Below, piece after piece: positions 26,355 through 38,631 of a stretch of DNA of 64,000 nucleotides (positions are counted from its first letter, which is position 1; each line of letters starts with the position of its first letter). The stretch covers positions 18,414,001 through 18,478,000 of the forward strand of contig CM075980.1 of NCBI GenBank assembly GCA_038087875.1, written 5' to 3'. A program made the translations under genes and the position numbers. Below the pieces are notes generated by a model. It did no database searches, had not been told where the DNA came from, and worked only from the letters and a program-made list of their open reading frames with translations. The DNA comes from Malacoraja senta (taxonomy: Eukaryota).

Positions 26355-27009
26355 GTTGATAGAAAACCCTGACTAAAAATTTGAATGTCAAGAAATATGT
26401 TTTTATTGTCAATTAGAACGTTGCAATAAGTGACATGTGACTATTGACACAGCTAATACACATAGCTTCAGTATGAGATTAAAATTAGGGATTTTTCTCT
26501 CAGTGAATTGCAAATCTTTGGTTTGTTTTTTACCAATGAATGTAGTGAAAGCAGAATCATTGATTATGTTCAAGGTCATAGTCAACATATTTTTGATCTA
26601 AGAATCGTCAAGGGAAAAGGAAGGAAAGTGGAACTTCAGACCAAGATTAGATCATTCATGGTCTTATTCCATCACAGAGTAGGTTTGAGAGGTTATATGG
26701 CTCAGTTTTACTCCTGTTTCATGTCCCAATGTTCATCAAAATTCTCTTAAACCCTTCAATATTCATAAACTGCTTTCCGTCACAGGAAGACTATGCTGCT
26801 AACACATTTGGTTTTACTTAAGTTGTAATAATATTGCATGGGACAGCCATCACTGGTTGCCATATTTTTGCATTTTGAAAACAATGCATTGCATGTTTGA
26901 AGTCTGGAAATCTGTGTCAATATTCACATGTCACTTATTGCAACGTTCTAATTGACAATAAAAAAATATTTCTTGACATTCAAATCTTTAGTCATGGTTT
27001 TCTATCAAC
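26355..27009. repeat. Long inverted repeat, ~98 bp arms (26355-26452 / 26912-27009), ~460 bp spacer
   Basis: gttgatagaaaaccctgactaaaaatttgaatgtcaagaaata...attgacacag is the near reverse complement of ctgtgtcaatattcacatg...ttttctatcaac. Confidence 0.85.
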
Positions 27010-27109
27010 ATTTGCCTTTGTATATTATGTCAACATTTCCCATTCAATTTTGCATTTTCCACTCTTATTAGTTAGCACTTGGTTAGCTGTGTGAAATCCA
27101 AGTCCACAT

Positions 27110-27405
27110 ATTTAATTTAACTCAGAGATACAGCATGCAAACAGGCCCTTCTGCCCACCGAGTCTACACCAACCAACAATTACTCGTTCACAATAGTTCT
27201 ATGTCATCCAACTTTTCCATCTGGTCCCTACACACCAGTGGCAATGTTAGAGAGGATCAATTAACCTACAAACCCATGTGTTTTCTGATGTGGGAGGAAA
27301 CCGGAGCACCTTGAGGAAACCCACGTGGTCACAGGGAGAACGTGCAAACTCCACACTAATAACAACCAAGGTTCTCTGGCAATGTGAGGCAGCAGCTGAG
27401 CCACT
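27110..27405 (-). mobile_element. tRNA-head SINE
   Basis: Same body and tail as the other copies. Confidence 0.7.
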
Positions 27406-28999
27406 GTGAAGTTCCCAAGTCCATATATTGACAGTAAAAGATCCCAAGATGCTTTCTTAGCAACAGCAAAAAATCATAAATATATGAACAAAGATGGCAA
27501 TAACTGTGATAAATATCCAATACTTGATTGTGAAGTCTTCAAGTCAAAAAAGTTTATTTGTCATATGTACTGTTTATTTGTCATATGCACTATGTGCCTG
27601 TAGCAGCATAGCAGGTCTGTAAATGCAGTGCTCATAGATAACATAATAAACAAACAAATTACATATTCTGTTGTGCTGCAGCAAGTGAGAATTTCATTGT
27701 CCTATTTGGGACACATGACAATAAAACTATCTTGACTCTCTCTTGACTTGAAATTCAAAAAATTAAAAACAACATTAGTGCAAAAAAAGTATTGTCCATA
27801 GTTTAGTTGGTGTTGATTGTGTTCAAGAGTATGATGGTTGTTGAGATGAAGCCGTTCCTGAACCTGGATTCAGGGTTCTCAGACTCCTATATCTTCTTCA
27901 CAATGGTTGGAGTGAAATGTGAGCGTGGCCAGGGTGGTGTGGGTCCATGATGATGCTGGCTGCCTTTTTTTAAGCAGTGCTTCCAATAGATCCCTTCATT
28001 TTGAAAACCGGTATGTTGTGTTACAACTTTACTCCAACTATCATAACGTCTCTGAGGGGCAACAAGCAATGAATGCAAGAATAAACCGTGATCAATGTGT
28101 TCAAAAGGTCATGTGCGCCATTATTATGTTGTATCACTCACCAAAGGACTGCATTCTGTGTAGAAACTGTCAGTTTTAGCAGCACAAAGCTCCTAGCTTG
28201 AGCTGTCAATTTGAATCTGTGTTGGAAATAAAGCTCTGGGAACAAGACACAAGACTAAAAGGACACAAAGTGCTGGAGTAACTCAGCAGGTCAGGCAGCA
28301 TCTCTGGAGAACATGGATAGGCAATGTTTCGGGTCAGGACCCTTTTTCAGACTAATTGTGAGGGGGGTAGGGAGTTGGTTGGAAGGGAGGAGAGATAGGA
28401 CAAAGCGTGACAGGTAACGGCGAATACAGAATGTAAAATATCAGCTCTGCCATTGAAATCCATACGCCACTTACAAAAGGCTTTAATAGTAAGATTAAAC
28501 GAGAACTTACCTAAGTTTGAAGTTTGATCTTTATTTTATGAGGAGTTACGTAGGTGATTACGTGAAGAACCCCGCCAGTGGCGCCTGCGCGTCAATCTTC
28601 AAAGCAGCGGTGTGAAATCACAAAAAACAACAACCGAAGTAATATAGTCTCATAATAAAACGAGTAATACAAGAACTTCCATCTGACCTTTATGATAGAG
28701 GGTAGGGTCGTGGTGGGCACGTAATCACCTACGTAACTCCTCATAAAATAAAGATCAAACTTCAAACTTAGGTAAGTTCTCGTTTAATCTTACTATTTTA
28801 CTTCGGAGTCACGTGAGCGACTACGTGAATATTTTAAAGCTTTGTGATTTCATGCCGTGGATCAATCCCGGCTTCTCACTGCATAGATTGACTCGGAACG
28901 AGAATAATCAATCATGCATTCATAATAACATTTGTACCACAAATGCAGTAATTCATTTCAATAATGAAATGAATCAGATCCCCTTTAAACCAGAGGAAT

Positions 29000-29975
29000 T
29001 TACACAGAACTTAAAATAGTTTCTGCAAACAACCCCACATTAACAATAGGCCGATGGTAAAAATGTTGAAACATCAACTCATTGGACCACCCGGCGGCTG
29101 CGAGGATATGGTCGACGGGGACGTCTTTTGCCCTGGCCGCCGACGTTTCTGCTGCCCTAGTCGAGTGAGATGTAAAAACATAAGTGTTAATACCAGCAGC
29201 TGTTAAGACTTCTTTTATCCATCTGGAAATAGTCTGTATTGAAACTCTCTTGTGTGGTTTCTTGTGTGTGATCAACAACCCAGTTTCCGTATTCTCAAAT
29301 TCTTTGTGACCTCAATGTATTGTAATAAATATGTCTTAATACAGAGACATGGATCATTTGGATATGCTGCTAGCATAATTTTAAATCCTGTCACACCTGG
29401 CCTAATTTACTTTAGTAGGTCATAGATATAGAATGTAACCTTGTCTTCAGTTACTTCCATACTGTCTATTTGTAATTTTCCAAGTGTTTGCACTCGTTGT
29501 GCTGTCACTCATGCCATAAGCATGAATACTTTCATACTGAGCTTGACCAAAGGTAAAGACACACTTGATGACCATTCACGAAGTAGTTTCAGTACCACAC
29601 GTACATCCCAGATTGTCACGTACCTAGGTTTCGGTGGTTTGGAATTAAAGATTCCTTTCATTAGTCTGGAAACAATTGGGTGTGACCCAATTGAATTTCT
29701 TTCTGAATCCAGAACCAAATATGAGGACAATGCACTTCTAGCTGAATTAATTGCACTACAACTCAGACCTTCATCATAATAAAGTTTTGACAGAAATTCT
29801 AAACATTTGAAATATCTGCAGTACTTTATTGCACATTCTTTTGTACACAGAACTCTTCCCATTTCTTAATATAAGAAAGGTACTGTTTTTGAGTGCTCTT
29901 CCTCCCGGCTGCCGTAAGCATCTCCACAGTATGCTCAGACAGTCCTCGTCCCAGAAAAGTCATTCTTAAAACCTG
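29000..29975 (-). pseudogene. DIRS copy A tyrosine recombinase, frameshifted
   Basis: ORF pieces 29826-30017, 29509-29862 and 29000-29278 align with the intact YR of copy B. Confidence 0.85.
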
Positions 29976-30013
29976 CAAATCAACAAATCCAAACGATGAT
30001 ATAATGGATGTTG

Positions 30014-31760
30014 TCACCCTGTTACAGGGTGCAGCAATAAATTACTCCTTTTTGGGACTTTCATCAACATTTGTGTTGTTAATTCTAATATCAACAGATA
30101 CCATGGCTGTATAGGCCAATCTGGTACTACCAATACCCTTGAAGCAGCATCTTGCCTGATTTTAAGCAAACATTGGCTTATGAGGCAGAAAGGTGGAAAT
30201 ATATATGAAAACATACCACCCCAATGTAGCGAGAAAGCATCAATCGCCACTGCTCCTGGATCTGGGTTCCATGAGACATATCTCGATAGCTGATGATTCA
30301 AGTCGATGTCGGTCATTCCAAATCTGATTACTATATCATTGAATACCTCTTGATTCAACATACATTCTTTATTATCATGGAACTTTTCGTGACCTGGTGT
30401 CTGCTATCGTGTTCATTCTACCTGGTAGATAGATAGCTGAAATCCAAATGTTCTTTTCAATACACCAAGACCCAAGTTGATTTAACCATTTTGTCACATG
30501 ACACCGACTTAATTCCACCCATTATCATTAATATAGGCAACTACTGTTGTGTTTATTAATTTGAACTTGAACCTTCCTTTTAGTTGTGTTAGAACCATAA
30601 GCTTGGAGTCCATAGAAACCTCCTAAAAGCTCCAAATAGGTAATTCCCCATGTCTGCAGTAACACTAACTTTTCCTGATTCCATCTGCCTCCGCAGGTCC
30701 ATGTTAAGTCAGTTGCACCCCATCCTAGTGCACTGGCATCAGTTTGTAATATCATGGAAGGTTGTTCAATCAGCACTTTGCCTGAACTGCTTGAGACATG
30801 TAGAATCCACCACTGCAGCTTAGAAACAGCATTTGTTGTTACCTGCATGGTTCTATCAAAATGACCAGCATTTACTTTCAGTGCCTGTTCTTTAATTCTC
30901 TGCAGCTGTTGATAATGTAATGGTCCATACTGGACTGCTGGGAATCTACCCAGTACTCGAGCCACCTGTCTGATTAGAGGTTTTTGCTCGTTTAACAGAT
31001 TACTGCAATCTTTAATCAACTCCACCCTTTTTTCATTGGGCAAAGTAAGTTGCATTTGGGCTAAATCAATTGTGAACCCCAAATAATTAATCGAGGTACA
31101 TGTTTTTAACCTTGATTTCTTTGGATGAATTTAGAAAATCCCCAAACTTTCAAAAGTTTGATTTTATTACTGCAACCGATGCTTCTGTTGACTGTATAAA
31201 CAGGACATCATCCAGGTATGCCATTAGTACATGCCCCTGGCTCTCAGCAACCCCAGAATTGATTTTAACAATTTTATGAATATTCTGGGAGGGAACGTTA
31301 ACCCTTTAGGCAGAGCTTTGAACTGCCCTAATTGGTTCATCCATGTAAATTTAAACTACTTCATATCTTGCAAGTGAACAGACACTGAACAAAAGGATTC
31401 AGACTTGTCAAGTCTATAATAATCCTACATCCTCCATCCTTTTTTGATCGAGGGAATATATTTGACCCAAATTGGTGAATTTGGTAGACTGATTCTTTAA
31501 TAACACCTTTTATATATAGGGTTTTGAAGCACAACTTGAACCTCCATTACTTCGCAAAGTGGAGAGTTCTGCTAGGAACATGCTGGACAGGCAAATCATA
31601 ATTTGGATTGAATTCAATTCGAAATCCTTGTATATTATTCAGTATTACCACATCTGAAGTAATCTTCTTCCAATGTTTATAGAAGAGACGTAATCTGCCT
31701 CCAACTTTTGGACTTAATCCAGTTAGTATGTTCCCCTGAGAACCAGGTCCACCTACCTCT
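30014..31760 (-). pseudogene. DIRS copy A RT-RNase H-methyltransferase ORF, disrupted
   Basis: VGGRLRLFYKHWKKIT, minus-strand AYLDD codons near 31210-31222, RNase H and methyltransferase motifs, with several stops and frameshifts. Confidence 0.85.
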
Positions 31761-33775
31761 TGAGTCATTTGAGTATTCTGAGATCCCTGGATTCTCCCGG
31801 AAGCAGCACCACTGGTCCTTATTCCCGCTGCAGGCCGCCAGCTACGTCCCTGCGTTGATGAGCGACTTGGTCCTGGTCTAGGATCCGTATGACGTCTGAA
31901 AGGATACTTCCTCTTTACAGACTTTGCAACCATTGATGTTTTTATCAATCCTGTTTTCGCTTCATCTTCCAACTCTTTAATACGTCTCCCGAGATCTCTC
32001 CAAAGAGTAAGTTGGGTAATTGTATATTACTTGGTTTGCAGAGTGCTGCGAATTTTGGATTCATAGTAGGCCGTATAGCACTTTCCTCAGATAATTGATC
32101 TCGAAGTGGGTGCTGCATAGCAACCCCAGTGCTTGCTGATGCAACTTCGTCATCTTTTGGCTGTTACCTGCTATTCTGGTAATAGCAGTTATTCCAGAAC
32201 CCAGCAGCTTTAATATTCTCTGCAACTGATTCCAGATAATTTGGTTCACTGCTGCTGCTTTCAGCAACCCACAGTTATTCTTGCAGTCTCATCCATCTCC
32301 TGCTGTTCCAGCTAATGGTAAACCAAGTAATTTATTAAGGAGGCCAGTTCTTCTCCTAATGGCTCTCCTGACCCTGACGGGGCAGCGAATCCTACTGCCT
32401 GGGGTGGAACATCTGGCAGCTGCCGTTCATCGCCTTGTACAGCCTCACCGTCAGAGTCGGGGTCTGAAATCTCATGACCCGTAGCACGCTCCTCATTCCT
32501 GAGGGTGCATTCCATCAGCCCTGAGCCAGGTGCTGTTAAGCTGCTCCTGCAGCTTGGATTACAGTACACTCCTTCCTGAGTGAACTTTGCTCCAACAGCC
32601 TATGAAAAAGGCTTTCTATTTGGGCAATACGCTCGAAAGCAGTATCTAGCCCTGTACCAGGAGCTGTTTGAGCTGTTTCCAGCAGCTTGGCTTTCAGTAC
32701 ACTCCTCCCTGAGTGACTTTGCTCCAACAGCCTATGTAAAAGGCTTTCTATTTGGGCAATACGCTCGAAAGTAGTATCTAGCCCTGGAGCTACTTCCATT
32801 GCCTGGGACTCCCTCCATGGGCCGTTGGGATTTAAACTTCGTCTTTTGCCCGACAGGCGCTGACAGTGTTTTCACCAGCCCCAGGTCCACAGTCGCTATG
32901 CTCACCGCTGGCGACTGTACCGGGGTTTAGAGGCGGTTGGTCTCTAACCGCGGACTCCCGACTTTCCCGACTTCTGTCGGCTGTGTCGCTCACCTCTTCC
33001 CCCTGTCCGTTTTTTCCATGGCGTCTGTGGAAAAAATCCCCATAGACCCACAGTAAACGGACCTGGAAAACATGAAAAAAGTTTCTACTTACCTTGTAGT
33101 TGAAAAACTACAAACCACTGTAGGAGCTCTGCTCCTCACGTCCGTTTGCGTCAAGGCGTCTGATGTAATGACGCGCAGGCGCACTGGCGGGGTTCTTCAC
33201 GTAGTCACTCACGTGACTCCAAAGTAAAATTACAGTAGATAGCCCCTCTGCAATGTTGGTTGAGTTTTAAGGTGTAGTGTATAATAGTAAGATTAAACGT
33301 GAATTTACCAGTTTGAAGTTTGATCTTTATTTTATGAGGAGTTATGATGAGGGATTACGTGAAGAGCCCGTCAGCACGCATGCGCATCAACCTTCAAAGC
33401 AGCGGTGTGGAGTCACACACAGGAACCGATTGACCTGAGAATAATAAGATTCAAGACACTAGAAATACCAGTTAGCTTTATGAGGAAGGGTTGGGAGCGA
33501 AGGGCACATAATCCCTCATCGTAACTCCTCATAAAATAAAGATCAAACTTCAAACTGGTAAGTTCTCGTTTAATCTTACTATTTTACTTCGGAGTCACGT
33601 GAGTGACTACATGAAGATTTTAAAGCTCTGTGACTCCATGCCGTGGAACAAATCCATGCGTCACACTGTATAGTTGACAAACGAAGAATGGAAACTGTTC
33701 AGTCATGGTATTCGAACAGTAACAATTTAATGGAAAACAAAATACAACAGTAGTCACCTCTCTACCCGAGAGGGA

Positions 33776-34735
33776 CTATGCAATAGAACTTAAAACTGAG
33801 TTAGCAAACACGCTCGTTCTCGCTAAAGGTTTGTTATAAAACATCTGGAACGTGCGTGCTGAGGACCACCCTATGGCCGACAGAATCTGGTCCAGTGGAA
33901 CATCCATGCTTCTTGCTGCGGACGTTGCTGCAGCCCTGGTGGAATGAGATTTGAACATTTTAGTATCGACACCTGAGTGGGCTAGAACTAGTTTAAGCCA
34001 CCTGGAAATGGTCTGGGTAGAGACACTCTTGTGTGGCTTCTTATGGCTGATTAGTAGTGCTAACTCCGAACCTCTAAGCCCTTTGGTAACTTTCATATAT
34101 TGCCCGAGGTAACGAACTACACACAACTCGGGATCCAAAGGATATGCCATGAACTGTAATATCAGTCCCGAGGACCCTGGTCTACTTTGTTTAATGTTGT
34201 CGTAAATGAAAAAGGTGAACCCACTGTCCGAAGTGAGCATACTATCCAACCGTAACTTTTGCAAGGATTGGACCCTCTGAGCTGACACTAAAGCCATCAG
34301 CATGACCATCTTGTGCGTCAGCCGGAGTAGAGACAGGGAAGATGGTGGAGCCCATGAACGTAGTGACTTTAGAACCACACTTACATCCCAAATTTCAGTG
34401 TATCTGGGCCTGGGAGGGTTAGAATTGAAAACTCCCTTCATGAACTTAGAAACTAATGGATGCGAGCCCACAGCCAGTTGTTCTGAACCTGAATGTAAAT
34501 ATGATGAAAGCGCACTCCTGGCACTATTTATTGCACTATAACTTAATCTCTCATCATGGTATAAATGTGAGAGAAACTCCAGAACATGTGTGATATGCAC
34601 TTCGTCATACAATATATCATACTGTGCACAGAACAATTCCCATTTCCTGATATACAATGCATATTGTTTCTGTGTACTGCTTCTCCATGCCACAGTTAGT
34701 CCCAGTCCAAGGAAATGTCTTCTCAAAACCTGCAA
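33776..34735 (-). CDS. DIRS tyrosine recombinase, 319 aa open frame
   Basis: Candidate catalytic residues R (VSAQR), K (IKQSR), HxxR (HSTR), W (GWSS), Y (MFY); SAM-like N-terminus (SYSAINSARSALS). Confidence 0.92.
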   Translation of the reverse strand: MQVLRRHFLGLGLTVAWRSSTQKQYALYIRKWELFCAQYDILYDEVHITHVLEFLSHLYHDERLSYSAINSARSALSSYLHSGSEQLAVGSHPLVSKFMKGVFNSNPPRPRYTEIWDVSVVLKSLRSWAPPSSLSLLRLTHKMVMLMALVSAQRVQSLQKLRLDSMLTSDSGFTFFIYDNIKQSRPGSSGLILQFMAYPLDPELCVVRYLGQYMKVTKGLRGSELALLISHKKPHKSVSTQTISRWLKLVLAHSGVDTKMFKSHSTRAAATSAARSMDVPLDQILSAIGWSSARTFQMFYNKPLARTSVFANSVLSSIA

Positions 34736-34959
34736 ATTAACAAATTGTGTCGATCATGCAGAGGATGCACTTCACCCGAACTGGGGTTACTCAACAACGA
34801 CTTGTGTTTGGGTATCCTCCAAACTGATTGTACCACCATGCCGAGAACAAGCGGGTACCATGACTGAGTGTGCCAATCAGGGACTACCAGAATGCCAGAG
34901 GCAGAGTCCTGCTGAATCTTTTGCAGACAGCGAGTGACAAGGCAGAATGGGGGGAATGC

Positions 34960-36435
34960 TTAGAAAAACATTCCTCCCCAATGTAGCGAGAATGCGTCTA
35001 CAGCTACAGCCCCTGGGTCTGGTTCCCACAAAATATATTTAGGTAACTGATGGTTTAACCTTGAAGTGAACAAATCCATATCCGGTGTTCCGTACCTAGA
35101 AATAATGTCCTTAAATACTCTATGATTCAACATCCATTCTGTGTTGTCATTGAATTTACGTGACCTGGTGTCCGCCACTGTGTTGAATCTACCTGGTAGG
35201 TAGATAGCTGAAACCCAAATATTCGGAATAATGCACCAGTGCCAAATGAGGTTAGCCAATTTATCACAGGATACTGACTTGATACCACCCATGTGATTTA
35301 TGTAAGCTACAGCAGTAGTATTATCTATCTGTAACTGAACATGCAGCTGCTGCATGTGTGCACAATAAGCTTTCAGACCATAGAAGGCTGCAAGCAACTC
35401 CAAATAGTTAACCCCATGCACCTGTAGAAAAGATAGTTCATGCACAGTCCATCTGCCACCACAGCTAGAAAGGGTGTCAGTGGCTCCCCAACCTAAAGCA
35501 CTTGCATCAGTCTGTAATACCATTGAATGGTTTTCAATTGAAATATTGCCAGAACAATGGTCAAGATTGAATATCCACCACTGGAGCTCATCAATTGCCT
35601 CAACTAATAATTGCATGGCCCTGTCAAAATGGCCCAAATTCTTTTTAAGTGCTTGCACCTTGGATCTTTGCAATTGCTGATAATGAAGAGGTCCAAATTT
35701 TGCTGCTGGAAATGCAGCAACCAATTTCCCAATTAGACTTGCCACTTGTCGAATTGAAGGCAGCTGATGTGCAATCGTATTGCTGCAGGACTCTATTAAC
35801 TTCAATCTCTTGCCCTCGGGCAAAGTTACAACCAGGTGATTGGAGTTAATAGTAAATCCCAAGTAATCCATGATAGTGGATGGAGTCAACCTGGATTTTA
35901 CTGGATGAATTAGGAAACCCAACTTTTCAAAAACAAATTTAGTGGCTGAAACTGCCGAAATAGCTAATTCCATAGTTTTGCCTATGATGAAGATGTCATC
36001 TAGGTAAGCCATCACTATGTGCCCCTGTGCTCGTAAAAGAGCCAGTGCAGGTTTTAGTATTTTAGTGAACAGCCTAGGAGCTGAGGTCAACCCATTAGGC
36101 GGGGCTTTAAATTGCCATAACTGCCCCATCCAGTTAAACTTCATGTACTTCCTGTGTTCCTTGTGAATAGGGACTGAATAATAAGCATCCTTGAGATCAA
36201 TACATGCCATATAACACACCCTGGAAATTAAATGTTTAGCCGTAACAAAGCTTTCCATTTTGAAATGTTTGTACTGCACAAAAGTGTTTAATTGGGTTAA
36301 ATCCAATATGATGCGGCACCCCCCATCCTTTTTTTCTCTGGTGAAAATATTGGACACAAACTGGTGTGGCTCATGCCTGTTTTTTTCAATTACCCTTTTT
36401 TCACACAGAGTTTCAATTTCAGCCTGGACTTCCAA
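34960..36435 (-). CDS. DIRS reverse transcriptase-RNase H-Dam-like methyltransferase (premature stop inside MT)
   Basis: IDLKDAYYSVPI, PNGLTSAPRLFTK, AYLDD, TDASALGWGA, NYLELLA, DNTTAVAYIN, DLFTSRLN; a TAA replaces the Y before AFPPF. Confidence 0.92.
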   Translation of the reverse strand: MEVQAEIETLCEKRVIEKNRHEPHQFVSNIFTREKKDGGCRIILDLTQLNTFVQYKHFKMESFVTAKHLISRVCYMACIDLKDAYYSVPIHKEHRKYMKFNWMGQLWQFKAPPNGLTSAPRLFTKILKPALALLRAQGHIVMAYLDDIFIIGKTMELAISAVSATKFVFEKLGFLIHPVKSRLTPSTIMDYLGFTINSNHLVVTLPEGKRLKLIESCSNTIAHQLPSIRQVASLIGKLVAAFPAAKFGPLHYQQLQRSKVQALKKNLGHFDRAMQLLVEAIDELQWWIFNLDHCSGNISIENHSMVLQTDASALGWGATDTLSSCGGRWTVHELSFLQVHGVNYLELLAAFYGLKAYCAHMQQLHVQLQIDNTTAVAYINHMGGIKSVSCDKLANLIWHWCIIPNIWVSAIYLPGRFNTVADTRSRKFNDNTEWMLNHRVFKDIISRYGTPDMDLFTSRLNHQLPKYILWEPDPGAVAVDAFSLHWGGMFF

Positions 36436-36836
36436 ATCATACTTTTTTTAACGCAAAAAGGTACGGCTTGGAGCATGCTGCGTGGGTGGCAACGCGCCCG
36501 TAAATTCTATTTTAAACCCTTCAACACTATGCAGTATGAACAAATCAGAAGTAATCCAACGCCACTCATGCAAAAAGAAACGTAACCTACCACCAACATG
36601 CAATAACTCTATACTCGGTATGTTACAATGTGAACCAGACCCACCTACCTCCGTACTAGATGGATTCTGGCCAGTTATTTCCTTCCCCGATGTTTGGGGT
36701 TTTGGGGTACTTGTGGATGGTAGCTGCGCATCTTCATGGTGGGTCGACTCGGTCCTTGCCCTAAAAAAGACTTCCGTCCGGTTCTTCCCGACCTCATTGG
36801 CTGCGCAGCCGGTCTTGTGCTGGATGCAGGATAAGG

Positions 36837-37839
36837 CTAGAAACGGCGGAACGACGAAGATGACGACGGCTTGTTCACTGGTGGAGCCCGAAGAAGCCCC
36901 ACAGCCTTTGACTCCTCATCGAGGTCTTTCACCTGCCTGGACAGGTCATCCCCAAACAGCAAGTTTGGTGGCTCCACATTACTAGATTTGCACAACCCTG
37001 CAAACTTGGGGTTGAGAACGGGACGAATGGCATTCTTCCGAAAACAATTGATTTCAAAAGTGTGCATTGCACAACAATGCCATTGCGTCCCGCTGCGCAT
37101 CCGATAATGTGGAGCCGGCCACCGACTTGGCGAAAGCTGTCAGACCTGACCCCAGCAGATTCAGAATTCTCTGGAGCTTCAGTTCTTGTGGTTCCATATG
37201 GAACTATTTACCACCGGTACCTTCAGGGACGCACAGTTGCTGGGTGCGTGATACCGCATGGTTGTCTCCATCATGACCTGCTCCTGCAGCTGGTGGGAGA
37301 CCAGATATTTGATACTTGCCGCCAGCTCTTCTTCCAGCGGCTCTCCAACAAGCGACGGCACCGCAAATTTATAAATCATTCCTGGTACCTCCGCTTCCCG
37401 CGGGTCCCGCATCGAGCGGTCGTCCCCACAGGACTCGTCTCCACTCCCATCTTCGGATGGGGAGACGTCATGCAGCCCTCCAAGAGGCGCTGCTGCGGGT
37501 CCCCGAGCCCCGCTGTGGTACGACTCCCGACCACGGAGCGTAGTTTGTTCGAGCATTTTCTCCATGAGATGCTCCACTAGGGAAAGGCGTCCAGCCAACC
37601 TTCCCGCTCTGGGAGGCGAATCCTCCCGGCCAGACTCGTCCGAGTCTACAGGCCTGTTGGACTTGCACTTTGCTTTCCCCTGCGGGGTATGCAAAATGCT
37701 GTCCATTGGCACCGAGCCCGAAGTCGCTGGCTGTGCAGCTGGCAGCGACCGCGATGATGAAACTGACTGCCGACCGCTGACCGTCCTCCGAAGCGGTTCT
37801 CCCTGCAGTCTTACGAGCCTTCACCCTCGCGTTGTCCAT
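36837..37839 (-). pseudogene. DIRS copy B gag-like ORF1, frameshifted
   Basis: ORF pieces 37468-37839, 37179-37712 and 36837-37100 (PSNCASLKVPVVNSSIW; IRPVLNPKFAGLC..LLFGDDL), homologous to copy A remnants. Confidence 0.75.
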
Positions 37840-38631
37840 GCTGTAACGAGAAGAAAAAAAATTCCACCGCAGCTAAGTTTTCATACTCACCTGAGGTCTT
37901 TTAAAAGGACCGCTGCTGGAGCTGCGCGCCAGCCAGCCAGTCAGCGCGCAATGCGTTAGACGTAATGATGCGCATGCGTGCTGACGGGCTCTTCACGTAG
38001 TCACTCACGTGACTCCGAAGTAAAATTACAACCCGGTAGATAAAAGTTTCATGGATATTAATACTGAATTTGATTCTTTATAATCACAGGTGGCTCAATT
38101 AACGTAACACGCGTACGGAAACAATTATCAGGAAAATATAATCACAATACCAATTGCAAAATTAATACTTTATTGATACCTACTGTGTAAGACTAATCAG
38201 ATGTGATGAAACCCAAAACAGTATTTTCTCGTAAGATGAATCACTGCCATAGTGAAATACCTGGCATTATGTGTCTCGTGGGATTTGGTTTCAGTCTGAT
38301 TCCTTTCACAGTGGAATCATCATTAATTGAGTAAATTTTATTGCTTAAGGAAAATGTTCCAGTATTTTAAATGTCAAATGCACCGTCATTACAATTTCAG
38401 GGACATTGACTGCACAGTTTCCAAACTATGGTTGGTGCATAGTTTGCATGAGATTTTGACGAGATATAGAGCATAGAACATAGAACCGTAAAGCACAGGA
38501 ACAGACCCACAGCGTCCATACTGAACATGGTGCCAAGTTAAACTAATTTCCTCTGCTTGCACGTGATCCATATTCCTCCATTCCCTACCTGTCCATGTGC
38601 CTATATAAAAGCTTCTTAAATATAATAATCA

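Larger units (their letters stand above)
28485..33229 (-). mobile_element. DIRS1-type tyrosine-recombinase retrotransposon, copy A (full length, ORFs decayed)
   Basis: Inverted terminal repeats 28561-28594 / 33169-33201. The internal complementary region (ICR) 28718-28829 matches both termini, including an 80 bp perfect match to 28485-28564. Fragments of gag, RT/RNase H (QTDASALGWGA, YLELLG), methyltransferase-like (DAFSLHW..YIFPPF) and YR (HSTRAA). Confidence 0.95.
33283..38025 (-). mobile_element. DIRS1-type tyrosine-recombinase retrotransposon, copy B (full length, nearly intact)
   Basis: ITRs 33358-33389 / 37966-37997; ICR 33505-33617 complementary to both ends; gag, RT-RH-MT and YR ORFs in the canonical order. 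Confidence 0.97.

Noticed and set aside
28485-28830. 80 bp perfect inverted repeat as a possible miRNA or CRISPR-like structure
   Set aside because: Fully explained as the DIRS terminal repeat and its internal complementary region.
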